A stretch of 64,000 nucleotides of DNA from Centroscyllium fabricii (lineage: Eukaryota). The DNA is taken from positions 460,474,001 to 460,538,000 of the forward strand of contig JBNRSN020000001.1 in NCBI GenBank assembly GCA_051313645.2. Reading direction: 5' to 3'. Shown here in pieces: positions 22,297 through 34,672 of the stretch. Positions within the stretch are counted from its first letter, which is position 1, and each line of letters opens with the position of its first letter. A program made the translations under genes and the position numbers. The notes below the pieces were generated by a model, which did no database searches, was not told where the DNA came from, and saw nothing but the letters and a program-made list of their open reading frames with translations.

Positions 22297-24837
22297 AACC
22301 AGGGGGTCGGTCTTATGGCCGCGGATGTGCTTTCTAAGCAAGACCGGCCCCGGCATCGTGAGCCATGGTGGGATGGCTGTCCCCGAAGTCGACTTCCTGG
22401 GGAAGGAAAAGAGTAAATCGTGAGGTGTGGCGTTGGTGGCCGTACACAACAGAGAGCAGATCGAGTGCAGCACGTCTGGGAGGACTGCCTGCCAACGGGA
22501 CACTGGAAGGCCTCTGGACGTCAGAGGCAGGCTGACCGCCTTCCAGATGATCCCGTTCTCCCTTTCTACCTGGCCGTTCCCCCGGGGGTTGTAACTGGTC
22601 GTTCTACTCGAGGCAACCCCTTTCTGAAGCAGAAACTGACGCAGTTCGTCGCTCATGAACGACGACCCCCGGTCGCTATGGATGTAGCTGGGGAGACCGA
22701 AAATGGCGAACAGCGTGGTGAAGTGTTTGATCACCGTTGCGCTCGTCATATCTGGGCAGGGGAAGGCGAAGGGGAAGCGGGAGAACTCGTCTACTACCAT
22801 GAGGAAGTACGAGTTGCGGTCGGTGGAGGGGAGGGTGCCTTTGAAGTCCACGCTTAGACGTTCAAAGGGGCGGGTGGCCTTAATGAGGTGCGCCGTGTCT
22901 GGCCTGAAAAATTGGGGTTTGCACTCGGCGCAAACAGGGCACTCTCGGGCCTTGATCTCTGTGATGGAGTAGGCGAGGCTACGGGATTTAACGAAGTGGG
23001 CAAGTCTGGTGACACCCGGGTGGCAGAGGCGATCGTGGAGTTCCTTCAGCTAGTCTAGCTGGGCACTGGCGCACGTTCCCCTGGACAGTGCGTCTGGGGG
23101 TTCATTGAGTTTGCCTCATCGGTAAAGAATGTCGTACTCGTAAGTCGAGAGCTCGATCCGCCACCGCAGGATCTTATCATTCTTGATTTTACCCTTTTGT
23201 TTATTATTAAACATAAATGCGACCGACCGTTGGTCGGTGAGCAGGGTAAAACACTTACCGGCCAGGTAATGACGCCAGTAGCGCACGGCCTCCACGATGG
23301 CCTGGGCCTCCTTTTCCACTGCCGAGTGGCAAATTTCGGGTCCCTGTAGGGTGCGGGAGAAAAACGCTACGGGCCTGCCTGCCTGATTCAGGGTGGCGGC
23401 AAGGGCAAAGTCCGAAGCGTCACTCTCCACCTGGAAAGGAATGGACTCATCAACGGCGCGCATGGTCGCCTTGATAATATCTTCCTTGATGCCGTTTGGG
23501 CTTCTACCGAGAGGGGGAAGACGGCAGCCTTAAGGAGCGGTCTGGCCTTATCCGCGAACTGGGGAGCCCATTGTGCGTAATAGGAGAAAAATCCCAGACA
23601 TCTCTTCAGGGCTTTGGGGTTGTGAGGAAGGGGCAGTTCCTGTAAGGGTCGCATACGCTGTGGGTCGGGGCCGAGGACCCCGTTTTCCACCACGTATCCG
23701 AGGATGGCGAGCCGATCTGTACTAAAGACGCACTTATCTTTATTGTATGTGAGATCAAGCCGTTTCGCCGTGTGGAGAAATTTGGCCAGGTTGGCATCGT
23801 GGTCCTGCTGGTCATGGCCGCAGATGGTCACGTTGTCCAGGTAGGGAAAAGTGGCCTGCAACCCGTTCTGGTCAACCATGCGGTCCATCTCCCTCTGGAA
23901 TACCGACACTCCGTTGGTCACGCCGAAGGGGACCCGGAGGAAGTGGTAGAGCCGACCGTTCGCCTCAAAGGCGGTGTACGGGCGGTCGGCTTTCCGGATC
24001 GGGAGTCGGTGATACGCCGACATAAGGTCGATTGTGGAGAACACCTTGTACTGGCCGATCTGGTTAACCATTTCCGAGATGCGGGGGAGGGGGTAGGCGT
24101 CGAGCCCGGTGTAGCGGTTAATGGTCTGGCTGTAGTCGATCACCATCCGCTGTTTTTCGCCAGTCTTAACCACTACGACCTGGGCCCGCCAGGGGCTGGT
24201 GCTGGCTTCAATTATCCCCTCCTTCAGCATACGCCCGACCTCCGATCTGATAAATGTCCGATCCCCTGCGCTGTAACGCCGACTCTTGGTAGCAATTGGC
24301 TTGCAGTTGGGGTCGAGGTTTGCGAACAGTGAGGGGGGGTCGACTTTCAGGGTGGAAAGGCCGCAAGTCGGGCTCCGCTTTAGGAAGGGATTGTCCTGGC
24401 TACTGACGGTGAGGGGGGCCAGGGTCCCGCCGAACTTCATTGTCACGCTCTTAAGGTGGCACTGGAAATCCAGTCCCAGTAAGACTGGGGAGCACAACTG
24501 CTTGAGTATGTACAATTTAAAATTACGGTACACGCAGCCCTTAACTGTGAGCGTGACGGAGCAGTAGCCGGTGACGTCCGCGGTGTGGGACTGTGAAGCA
24601 AGGGAGACTTGGTAGCGCGTGGGCAGGATCTGCAGTCCGTAGCGCTGCGCTGTATCAGGGTGGATGAAGCTCTCTGTGCTTCCAGTGTCGAACAGGCAGA
24701 TAGTGGCATGGCCGTTGACTTTAATCCCCATCATGGAATTTGATAGGGTGTGCGGCCTAGCCTGACCGACTTTCAGGGTGGCTGAGGCCGAAGTGTGTGT
24801 GTTTGTGTAGGAGCCCTCCGTTGGCCGGGGCCGTGCA

Positions 24838-25140
24838 CAAGATGGCGGCGCATGTGGTTCGCACATGGCTGGCCGCTGAAGACAAGATGGCGGCGCCGGG
24901 GGGTCGCACATGGCTGGCCGCTGAAGACAAGATGGCGGCGCCGGGGAGTCGCACATGGCTGGCCGCTGCGGACAAGATGGCGGTGCCCGTGGTTCGCACG
25001 CGGCGGGTCGCTGTGGACTCGGTGGCGGTGCCCGTGGTTCGCACGCAGCGAGCCGCGGTGGCTGGGTTGGCGGTGCCCATGATTCGCACGCAGCGGGCAG
25101 CGCTGGGCGGGATGCCGGCGTTGGGGGGTCGCACATAGCC
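24838..25140. repeat. ~45-bp tandem repeat in the gag-protease linker of F
   Basis: Repeated caagatggcggcgccggggggtcgcacatggctggccgctg. Confidence 0.9.
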
Positions 25141-26476
25141 GGTCGTGGCTGAGTTTGGCGTGCCGTGGGCATCAGGGTGGGAGACGGGGGCGCTTGTACT
25201 CTACCCCCGGACTGTCGCTGTATCGCGCTGCAGCTGCAGCTTACCTGAGGCCAAGGGCCGGTGTTGGAGCTTTCGCAGGCTGCGCTGTTGTACCTGGAGC
25301 TGGACGCCGGGGCCGATTTGTAGGCCTTGGCGTAGTGTCCCTTTTTCGAGCACCTCTCGCAGGTCGCGGTCCTCGCGGGGCATCTCGCCCGTGGGTGTAG
25401 TCCCTGGCCGCAGAAGTAACATCTCTTCCCCGCCGGCGTCTTCGCAGCTGCCGCTGCCGTTGTGGGGGTCTCGACCCGTTGTGGGGTCGCCCAGGAGTCG
25501 AAGGTAGCGTGTGAGTTTGGGCTGCCATACGCCTGTAGCTTGCGGCGTGCGCCCTCCACGGCATTGGAGACGGAGATCGCCTCGTCTAGTGTTAATGTGT
25601 CCTTTTCCAGCAGCCGCTGGCGGGCCTCTGCGGACTTGAGTCCCGTTACATAGGCGTCCCGGACGAGGAGGTTCGCCTCCTCTTGTGCCGTCCGTGGTTG
25701 GCAGTCACAGACCCGGACAAGGGCTTGGAGCGCCAACAGGAACGGTTCATTAGACTCACTTGCTAGTTGTGGTCTGGTCGCGAGCACATGTCTGGCGTAG
25801 ACAGAGTGGACCGGGCGCTCGTAGCATTTATTCAGTTTCTCCACGGCTTCAGTGTACGTCGTAGCGTCACGGATGAAGGAGAAAACCCGGCTGGAGATCC
25901 TGGACCTGAGAACATGTAGCTTGTTCCCGTCGGTTGTAGCCTTGGCGGCGTACATGTAGGCCTCGACGAGGCCGAACCAGTGTTCGAAGGTGTTGGCGGC
26001 GGCTGGGTCCTGTGGACTAATGTCCAGCTTTTCGGGTTTCACAGCGCCGCTCTCCATTTCAAAATGTTTTAAGCTAATAAAATTGACGTATCGTCAATAG
26101 TCTAATAAAACTAAAGACGCGTAGTTACCTTAACTAAAGGCTTTTATTAGCTTACAAAGGAGCTACGCTCCGATCGAACATCAGGTACAGAATGAATGGG
26201 GGTAGGTCAGACCCCACCTATAAGATACTCACCTGAGGGGAGGAGTTAGAGGTGTGGCTGACCTGACCCCGCGACAGTGTCGCAATACAGAACAGTTGTA
26301 TCATGCACCCGGCCGCTATACATACAGTGTAATATTGGTAACAATATTAAGGTGGTAATAAGAGTACATATAACGGTTACCACAACCTGCCTGGGCATGC
26401 CTCTGCTGACTCTGCCTGTGGCTCCTCCCTCAGGTCCTGGTATAAAGGCGACTGCTTCCCAGTCCCCCTGTGTTCA

Positions 26477-27075
26477 AGGCCCTGTCACACCTAGACGTTT
26501 TAGCCAGCGTATGCAAATTTGGCTAAAACACTGAACTTTTGACTTTTTTTCAGTTTTGGGCGTATAATAGCGTATTCATAACGTATGCATAACGTATTAG
26601 TAACGTACACAGAACGTATCGATAACTTACAGATAACTTATACCAACGAATGCTTAGCGTGTTGTCGGCGTTCTCAACTTATGCCCAACGATAGTCTAAC
26701 GTATGCATAGCGCGCGGCAGCGTATCGCCGACGTTTTAGATAAATGTTGATACGTTGGCATACGAAATCGTCAAGGTGTGACAGGGCATGACAGGGGCAC
26801 AGGTAAGGTGTGTTCAACGATCGCCTAACGTGCCTACAACGTATGGCCAGCGTATGCGGAACGTGTGAGTCATACGCTGGATAAGTCGAGATTTTTTGTG
26901 CATGCTCAAAAATTCTCGACTTACTCGAAGTACAACGACGTATGCAACGTATGCCCAGCGTATGCCCAGCGTTCTCGTAACGTATGCATAACGTACCCAT
27001 GACGTAACCGACATAACCCAGCGTTTTAGCCAAATTTGTATACGCTGGCTAAAACGTCTAGGTGTGACAGGGCCT
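26477..27075. mobile_element. PIF/Harbinger-type MITE in the 3' LTR of D
   Basis: 53-bp TIR aggccctgtcacacctagacg... with 1 mismatch; 3-bp TSD TCA confirmed against the uninterrupted 5' LTR. Confidence 0.92.
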
Positions 27076-27454
27076 TCAGGACCAGTCGACCAGTGAAAGC
27101 ATGCTCTCATTCTTTAGTAAATAAAAGCCTATTTGTTACTCGTATAACTTCTAGTCTTTTGGAGTTATTGATAGCGCATCACATGTATATGGTGCAAATG
27201 TTACCTGCTACTTGTTAGCCCAAGCCTGAATGTTGCCCATGACCCACTGTAGGCTGGAAACCAGGCTAATAGAAAGTGATGTCTGACCAAGGATTCATGT
27301 TGTGCTGGCAGAAACAGTGCCTCAGAAACTAAAGTGCAACATGTGTGCAGAAGCTATGCTCTACCTACATGCCGGTGTGAGTCTTCCCTTTGGTTAGTAT
27401 ACAGATGACGGCAACTAGATGGCAACATGGGCTTTCAAACAAAGTAGATCACAT

Positions 27455-27985
27455 AACAACAACAACAACTTGCATTTATATAGTGTCTTTAACATATGAA
27501 GGCACTTCACTGAAGCATAATTAAACAAAATATCGAGAATGAGCCAAAGAGTGAGATTATAAGCAGGGGTGACTAAAGGTTTTGTCATAGACTTTAAGGA
27601 GGATCAAATAGGAGCAGAGAGAGCTCTAGTGGTGAGAGGTTTAGCAAGGAATTCCGGAACGTAGGGCCTAGATGGCTGAAGGCATGGCTACCAATGGCGG
27701 GGCGAAGTGAGATGACGATGCACAAGAGGCCAAAGTTGTAGATACGCAGAGTTCTTGGAGGATCGTAGGGATGGAGGAGAGATGGGAGTGGTGAGGCCAT
27801 GAAGGCATTTGAACTTGAGGATGAGAATTGTAAATTAGAAGTGTTGGGGGACTGGGAGACAATGAGGTCAGTAAGAACAAAAGTGATGGGTGAGCGGGAC
27901 TTGGTGTGTGTTAGGATACAAGGAGCAGAGTTTTGGATGAGCTAAATTCTATAGAGGATGGAGGATGGAAGGCTGACTAGGAGAC
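27455..27985 (-). mobile_element. L2 LINE 3' fragment
   Basis: (aac)n tail plus cttgcatttatatag; ORF remnant YDPPRTLR..G..AFSHLGPTFRNSL. Confidence 0.75.
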
Positions 27986-28125
27986 TCCCAGCATAGCGAG
28001 TCCCAGCCTCAATCAGCATAAGTGGTCTTGTAAAGGCAGTCAGAGGCTCCGTCCCTTAAAAAAGCAAACAGAAATTCCCACCTGAGGTTTCTCCAAGCCA
28101 TTATTATGCAGGACTAGTGACTCAC

Positions 28126-28215
28126 CTCATTGCTTGACAGCACAGTGTCTTCATCTAAACTGAGTACAGCATCTGTCTGGATAACATCATATGGGAAGAA
28201 ACGACTGCTCATACT
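28126..28215 (-). CDS. EXT1: Exostosin-1 family glycosyltransferase, exon equivalent to EXT1 exon 8 ([30 protein letters not shown])
   Basis: 90 bp with ttttacAG acceptor and GTgagt donor; matches EXT1 [29 protein letters not shown], including the DED motif. Paralog identity (EXT1 vs EXTL1/ext1c) is uncertain. Confidence 0.93.
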
Positions 28216-28536
28216 CTGTAAAAATATAAAAACTTTAAGTTTTACAGCCTTTTGAATTTTCATACCAACCCATATTCTTGTTTTTAATAACTTTTTTCAT
28301 AAAGAGCTCATTTGGAATAACTTCTTTGTAACACATGTATGTAGTTTAGTCATTTGGTTTCTACTGCTATCTTTTTACTTCATTTCAGTTAAAATACCAG
28401 TTGGTTTCCATGTGATAATCTATAAGTAAGGCACATGTAAAACTGCCGCTATTCAGTAACCTACTGTTAGCTTTTGTAAAGTCAAACAACTAGAAGTAAA
28501 TTTCAAGCATAACTTCACAATACACAGTATTCAGTT

Positions 28537-29470
28537 AAGAACATAAGAAATAGGAGCAGTAGGCCATTCAGCCCTTCGAGCCTACTCTACCATTCAATAA
28601 GATCATGGCTGATCTTCTACCTCAGCGCCACCTTCCTGCACCATCACCATATCTCTTGATATCCAAAAATCAATCGATCTTTCAATATACTCAACGACTG
28701 AGCATCCACAGCCCTAAGGTAGAGAATTCCAAAGATTCACAACCCTTTGAGTGAAGAAATTTCTCTTCATCTCAGTCCTAAATGGCTGATCCATTATTCT
28801 GAGACTGTGACCCCTTAGTTCGAGACTGCCCAGCCCTCCCTGCATCTACCCTGTCAAGCCCCTTAAGAATGTTATATGTTTCAATGAGATCACCTCTTAT
28901 TCTTATTCACCTTTATTAGGGCGGCATGGTGGCATAGTGGTTAGCACTGTTGCCTCACAGCACTAGAGACCCGGGTTCAAATCCAGCCTCGGGTACTATC
29001 TGTGTGGAGTTTGCACATTCTCCCCATGTCTGCGTGGGTTTCCTCCGGGTGATCCGGTTTCCTCCCACAGTCCAAAGATGTGCGGGTTAGGTTGATTTGC
29101 CAGGATAAATTGACCCTTAGTGTTAGGGGGATTAAATATGTGGGGTTACGGGGATAGGGTGGGATATGTGTCGGTGCAGGCCCGATAGGGATGTGGGGAG
29201 AGGGCAGGGGTGGGGTGCTGGGTTTGGATGATCAGCCATGATCTTGTTGAATGGCGGAGCAGGCTCGAAGGGCCGAATGGCCTACTCCTGCTCCTATCTT
29301 CTATGTTTTCTTCTAAACTCAAGGGAATACAGGCATAGTCTACTCAATCTCTCCTCATAGGACAATCCCCCCATCCCAGGAACCAGTCTGGTGAACATTC
29401 ATTGCACTCCTTCTAAGGCAAGTTTATCTTTCCTTAGGTAAGAAGACCAAAACTGTACACAGCACTCCAG
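28537..29470 (-). mobile_element. CR1 3' fragment interrupted by a V-SINE
   Basis: taagaacataagaaataggagc tail and reverse-complement RT C-terminus, resuming after 29309. Confidence 0.8.
28919..29309 (+). mobile_element. V-SINE (HE1-like): tRNA head, V domain, CR1-derived tail
   Basis: A box tggcatagtgg, B box ggttcaaatcc, V core tgtggagtttgcacattctcccc...ggtttcctcccacagtccaaagatgtgc, tail gaatggcctactcctgctcct. Confidence 0.9.
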
Positions 29471-30351
29471 TTCTAGAATATCTGAATAAGGCACCTAAAT
29501 GGTAATGAAGTTTATATCCCTTTTACCACCCTGTTCTTGCTTCCGATTTGCCCGCTGTCATTTTCCTGAGGGCCTTCACTAGTGCGGCCCAGGTGTCTTC
29601 CTGTTTCAGGTAGGAGTCTATTAATAATATGCAAATCCTACGGCAGAAGCAATTTTAAGCTGCCAATGGGTGTGTGTGCACTCTGCATTGAGCGGCCTAA
29701 GCATTGGTCCTTAAAAGGGCCGCTGCAGGCCACTCAGAAAACAGGTAAGTACATTTATTTAAAGCTTGTTGTGGGGCCAGAAGGAGCATTCATGCCGCAC
29801 CTGGCCCCACAAAAATCTTCTGGCCCACTGCCGGCCCACCTGCGCACCCGCTCCCCCCCCCCCCTCCCCCCGCTTGCCCCAGCATTGCATCACCGCTTTA
29901 ACAGCAGACTTCTGGTTCGGCTCTGAGGAGGAGCCGCTGGGCTTTTTGCCTTGCTGACTGGCGAGCTGGATATGAGTGCTGGTTCAGCACTCGCAGCTTG
30001 CCAGCATTAAACAAATGAGGCTTGGCCTTCAAAATGGCTTGAGCCTCTCGTCAAGGACTTTGAGCGGTTGGCATGATTGCTGCACCACCTGAACTCTGCC
30101 TGAACTCATAAACCACCCTCTGTGAATCCTGTCCCAATTACTGCGGTGGTATATTCTGATTGGCCGAATTTTTGATCTGCACTACCAGTGCCAGGAATGT
30201 TAACGAGAAAAATTTACCTGATGTCAATAAGGGGATGAAATTCCTCATTTGTCAAAGGGGTGAATACTTGTTTTTCTACAAAATTAATACTAAGTCAATG
30301 TAATTGCAGGAACATGCAGCTTTGAAACACGCCACCTCCGAGAATGCAATA

Positions 30352-30882
30352 CAGGTTGAGCAGCGTTAATCCGCCACGGGCGGGACCAGGCCCGTGCCGG
30401 GAAATGGAAAAAACCGGGAGAACGAGTTTGGACACTGCGCATGCGCGCCATTCAAAATGGCTGCGCGCATGCGCGCAGCATTGCGATTGGCTGGCGCGCA
30501 CATGCGCAGATCGGGCACAGGTCCGCGTTCCCTCTCCATCGCCTTTCGGGTTGCTGCTGCCGCCGAGCCGGACTCAGGCTGACAGCTGTTGCCTAGTGAC
30601 TGTCCGCCTCAGTCACGGGGCTCGGCTGTCGGGAAAATAACCGCCGGCCGTATTGAATTATCTGCGCATGCGCTAACTGTCCGGTGACGCATGCGCAGAT
30701 CATTCAAAACACCCGCAGCTGTTTTGAATGATCTGCGCATGCGCTCGGCGCATGCGCAGATCATTCGCTGAAGCCACGATGGGGGCTGCCATTTTGCGCA
30801 TGCGCAGTGCAGTCAGGGCAATTTGTGCCGGCAGACTGAAGCTGCCGGCTATTCGGGACGCGGATTAACGGTGCTCAACCTG
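30352..30882. mobile_element. Tc1/mariner (Tigger/pogo-like) MITE
   Basis: TIR caggttgagca(g/c)cgttaatccgc with TA on both sides. Confidence 0.88.
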
Positions 30883-32154
30883 TATTGTCAGTGAGTGGTT
30901 AATCATGGAGGGAAAAAAAAAGCGTTCTCTCCATTTTCCTTAAAAGAGGAATTTTGCCCATTGAAAGAGATGCTGCAACCAGGGATCCTGGCCTCAGCAA
31001 AAGGGAGAAACATTAGTTGAAAGGCATTCAAAATGACTTGTGTAAAAGCACATTTTTAAGGACGAAATACTTTTTAAGTGGATCGGTCTAATTTTTGATA
31101 GCTTAGAATGACTGTCCAGCTACAAAAATCCCATTCACAAGAAGTCTGATAACATTCGTGGACGGGGAAGCTGAGACATTTATGCTGTCAAGTAGCTACC
31201 TAATATATCACAGCCGAATCTGAAAGGATAATTCTAGTCTCCTTTTTAATGGAATGCGTACATTAGTATTCGTTATTAATTTGAATTTGTACTACAGATT
31301 TCTATAATAGCACAGTATTTGAACTTAGTAATTATTGAAAAAAAAAGAGAAGTCTGTTCTGGCTTGACAATGATTTGAAAAAAAAATCAACTTTTAGTGT
31401 ACAATATTATGATTACATTTATGTAACACGTACAATATTGTTAAGAGTCTGTCATGTAAGGGCAAGAAGGTTTTGGCTCAGCTGTTACGATCAAAGGTAA
31501 AACAGACCTAATGCTCACATGTGCCAACCCTTCAGCTCATTTGAACAAGTGAAACTCACGTTACAGCTCTATTGCTAAGCAAGATACTATTGCAAGGGTG
31601 GCCTCACTGCCTGAGCTGCCACTTCCTTAGTACTGAGGTAGATGTTACTAGGAATCACGCTGCTGTGGCATATCAGTAGTTTGTATGGAAAATCATACCT
31701 TAAACATAGCAATCTGATTGTTTCAGTGCAATAATAGCTATGCTAAAAAGTGATAATTAGCTGTTATGAAACATGATTACACACTGCCTCACACGGCACA
31801 GGACAGGTGAGGCCATGTCCTCCCTGGTTGCAGAACTAGCACTGTAAAAGAAGTACTTTAAAAAAAGGATAATGCGGTAGAAATTCACGGTGGCCTTTTT
31901 ATGGGCACATAACTGACAACGCGCAACAAACGCATGGCCAATCAAGGAGGCCTGAGGCTCACCTGGAATTGGGACTCGGGTCTCATTGTAATAATTCAGA
32001 TGAACTGCCGGTGCCTGTTGCACCTCACCCATTTCAATCCATCCAAAGGTATGGCCCGGGAAGGGAAGGAAAGAAAACAGAAGGGGGCGATCACAACCGG
32101 CAGAGGCCCTCAGGAGTGCTACGGAACCGGGAGGAGCACTTTCTTGAAAAAAAA

Positions 32155-32999
32155 GAGGGAAAAATTTGGTTGCTTTGCGCCTCCCATTAGTGGGGCGCAA
32201 AGCAACTAGCGCTTAGGCGCAGCGATGTTTGCGCCATTCGCGAAATTCACCCGACATTTTGCGGCGGCACTAAACAATATCGCCACGAGCTCCTGCGCCT
32301 GCAGATTGTGACGTCAGTCAAGCGTACAACACCCCAGACCGAATATTGAGTGGCAGCCCCTGCCTTCCCGCCTGCCGCTAGCAACGACAGGTTGAGGGGA
32401 GCGTTTTGCAATTGGGAAGGGACTGGGGGAACGCTATTTAAAGGCGACTACTTCCTGACTTTCTTTGTCAGCGACATTTTTGCACCACACATTCTGAGAG
32501 AGAAAGACTTCTGGAGAGATTCAACGCTGTGTGAAGGGGTTTTGGGTACCAAGCAGCACTTTGCAGGTTCATTTTGATTTGACCTTTCTTGCATCGATTT
32601 CGAAGAGACTATGGGGGCTGCACTCTGAGCTCTTTCCCTGGGCCTCTTCACTGTTCTTTCCATCAAATTTGAAGTACAGGTCTCTCCAGGCCGAGATTCA
32701 AGGCTGCAATCAGCAGGGTGTGGATGGAGAGCAAGATCAACCCACCCCTTTAAGACGTGTGTCTGTGTTTCATTGCTGACTGACATCACATGAGCTTTGC
32801 CAGCACTCTGAGATAGCGCCTCGCTCCTCGGCATTAGCGTCTTAAGAGAGGTGTGTAGTGCCTGATGTAACGCTCCAATCACCACCTGGGGTGTTAGAAG
32901 CCAAGTTTACAGTCGGAAACAATAAGTGGTGGCAGGCACTAAACTTTGCGCCCAGCCAATAATTGCGCCCCAAACGGAGCGACACAGAATTTCTCCCCC
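32155..32999. mobile_element. GC-rich Harbinger-like non-autonomous element
   Basis: Degenerate termini gagggaaaaatt / aatttctcccc and subterminal gcgc motifs; 5' part similar to 36324-36560. Confidence 0.55.
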
Positions 33000-33859
33000 A
33001 TGATATCTTTTGTTGGTTGGTAGCTGCTTATGAGGCTGCATCCACGGCAGGAACACCTGAACAGAGCAGGCCCGGTGCCTCCTCTGCTCAGAGAAGTGGA
33101 ATCAAGGTCGAAGATCAGCTGTGATCTTACTAAATGGCAGAGCAGGCTCAAAGGGCCGTATGGCCTACTCCTATTCCTAATTCTTATGTCTGATTATTCT
33201 CAGTGGGATAAACTACAGATAACCTGCATAACTAATAGAGTCTACTTCACATAATTGTATAATTTGTTAATTTTACAGTAATATAACAGCTAAAATCATC
33301 TCTAGTCATCCATGTAAGAGCTTGTTCTTCATATAATAGGAAAAATGTATTTTAAGTGGACAAACTTACAGTTGCTTACTTATTCTCCATGTGAGATTAT
33401 GAAAACAAATCTATTATTTTGTTCATCTTTGTATCAAAATTTGGCTGTTGGAAATTAGCATATCAGAAGCTCTTTAAGCAGTCATAAAATGCAAATTATT
33501 GTGTACATATTGCAGAATACTACCATATGCTTCACGTTTACTTTTCCACAAATGCTTCAGATAAGTGAAAAATCAGTACTATGTTGAACATGAGTGTCTA
33601 ATAATAGTGTTTTTGACAAAATAAGGGTATCTTCCACATTGACTGGCGTGAGTGAACAGCTTCAATATTCGAGATCTGTCAACCTGCAGCAGAGTAATAT
33701 CACATGTGATACAGTTATCTACAGGGTAATGTGCAATTTCAGGACTATCTGTTGAATAAGCCCTAAACAAATTGCCCGGGTGTAATCCATAGCATGGGTA
33801 GTCAGTGACAACCGGAGACTCTCAATACTGGAAAATACATTCGTTATCTAAAAGTCAAA

Positions 33860-34660
33860 AAATATGCGTCCCAAAACTGGAAATGCATGCCTTTGTGAAC
33901 ACCCAGATTGCAGGTCATGGCAACCCAGATTAATTGTCATGTATCCCAGCAAATATTCCAGAAGCTAAATCCCTGACCCTCATAGGGATTCATACCTTAT
34001 TTGGCTTTACATGAAATGAAGGTTTACTTTGAACTGTGAGCTGTTGCCCTTTCTATGCACCACTGGTCAAGACAAACTTCTGATGTTCTCATGATTTGCT
34101 ATGGCTAGATACACAAGTGCACACACAATGAGACATCTGAGAGTTAGATAACTAGATCAAGAAACTATGTAGTGGTGTATATGATAAAATTTTGTGGCAA
34201 TGGTCTACTTAGAATTTGCATATTCTTTTCACAACTGTATAAAGAAAACTATTCTGATTACACTCCTCTTCCAAAACATACTGTAAAAAATGAAGAAAGC
34301 AATCCTATAAAGAGTCCAGCTTCAACCTGTGCCATGAATAGTAATTTGACTCTTGTGAAAATGATTATGAATATTAAATATGGTCCCTCACATACTACTT
34401 GAAGAACGCCTCCAAGTAAGTCATCTGATATGTATTCTAACAGATACCTTAAATTGCCTATCTCAGTTACAAACACAATTATGCCATAGTGCTCATACTT
34501 CGAATCTACCATGATTCGATGCCATAGGCTTCAGCACGCCCGATGCAGCATGACACACACTGGACTACATATCGGAAATTTATCTGCAAGCACCCCATGA
34601 TTTTCCAGGCATTAATCTTCATTTGTGAGCAGACTGTCAGAGAAATTTCCAAAAAAGGAA
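33860..34660 (-). pseudogene. Possible highly decayed piggyBac-type transposase
   Basis: Ordered weak motifs: SKYEHYGIIVF (cf. KxxxYGIK), IFIIIFTRVKLL (cf. DNFFTSxxL), IIYT..LDL (cf. YNxxMGGVDL). Confidence 0.3.
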
Positions 34661-34672
34661 ACCAAGATCAAC

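Larger units (their letters stand above)
20331..26057 (-). pseudogene. gag-pol of element F (single gag-PR-RT frame of 889 aa, then frameshifts; integrase split by a CR1)
   Basis: ORFs 23388..26057, 23116..23463, 22291..22851, 20331..20834; LFDTG protease, YLDN RT motif. Confidence 0.92.
20011..26384 (-). mobile_element. Young full-length Ty3/Gypsy element F inserted in the 3' LTR of D
   Basis: 301-bp LTRs 20011-20311 and 26084-26384 with ~3 differences; TSD ACCTG (20006-20010/26385-26389). Confidence 0.97.
15464..27181 (+). mobile_element. Full-length Ty3/Gypsy element D (Mag-like) carrying four nested insertions
   Basis: 5' LTR 15464-15739; 3' LTR in three pieces (19923-20010, 26390-26476, 27079-27181). 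TSD CATGT (15459-15463/27182-27186); the flanks rejoin into a LINE RT fragment. Confidence 0.95.

Noticed and set aside
28919-28990. tRNA-like sequence (also ~41730 and ~4290-4370)
   Set aside because: These are SINE heads continuing into SINE bodies, not tRNA genes.
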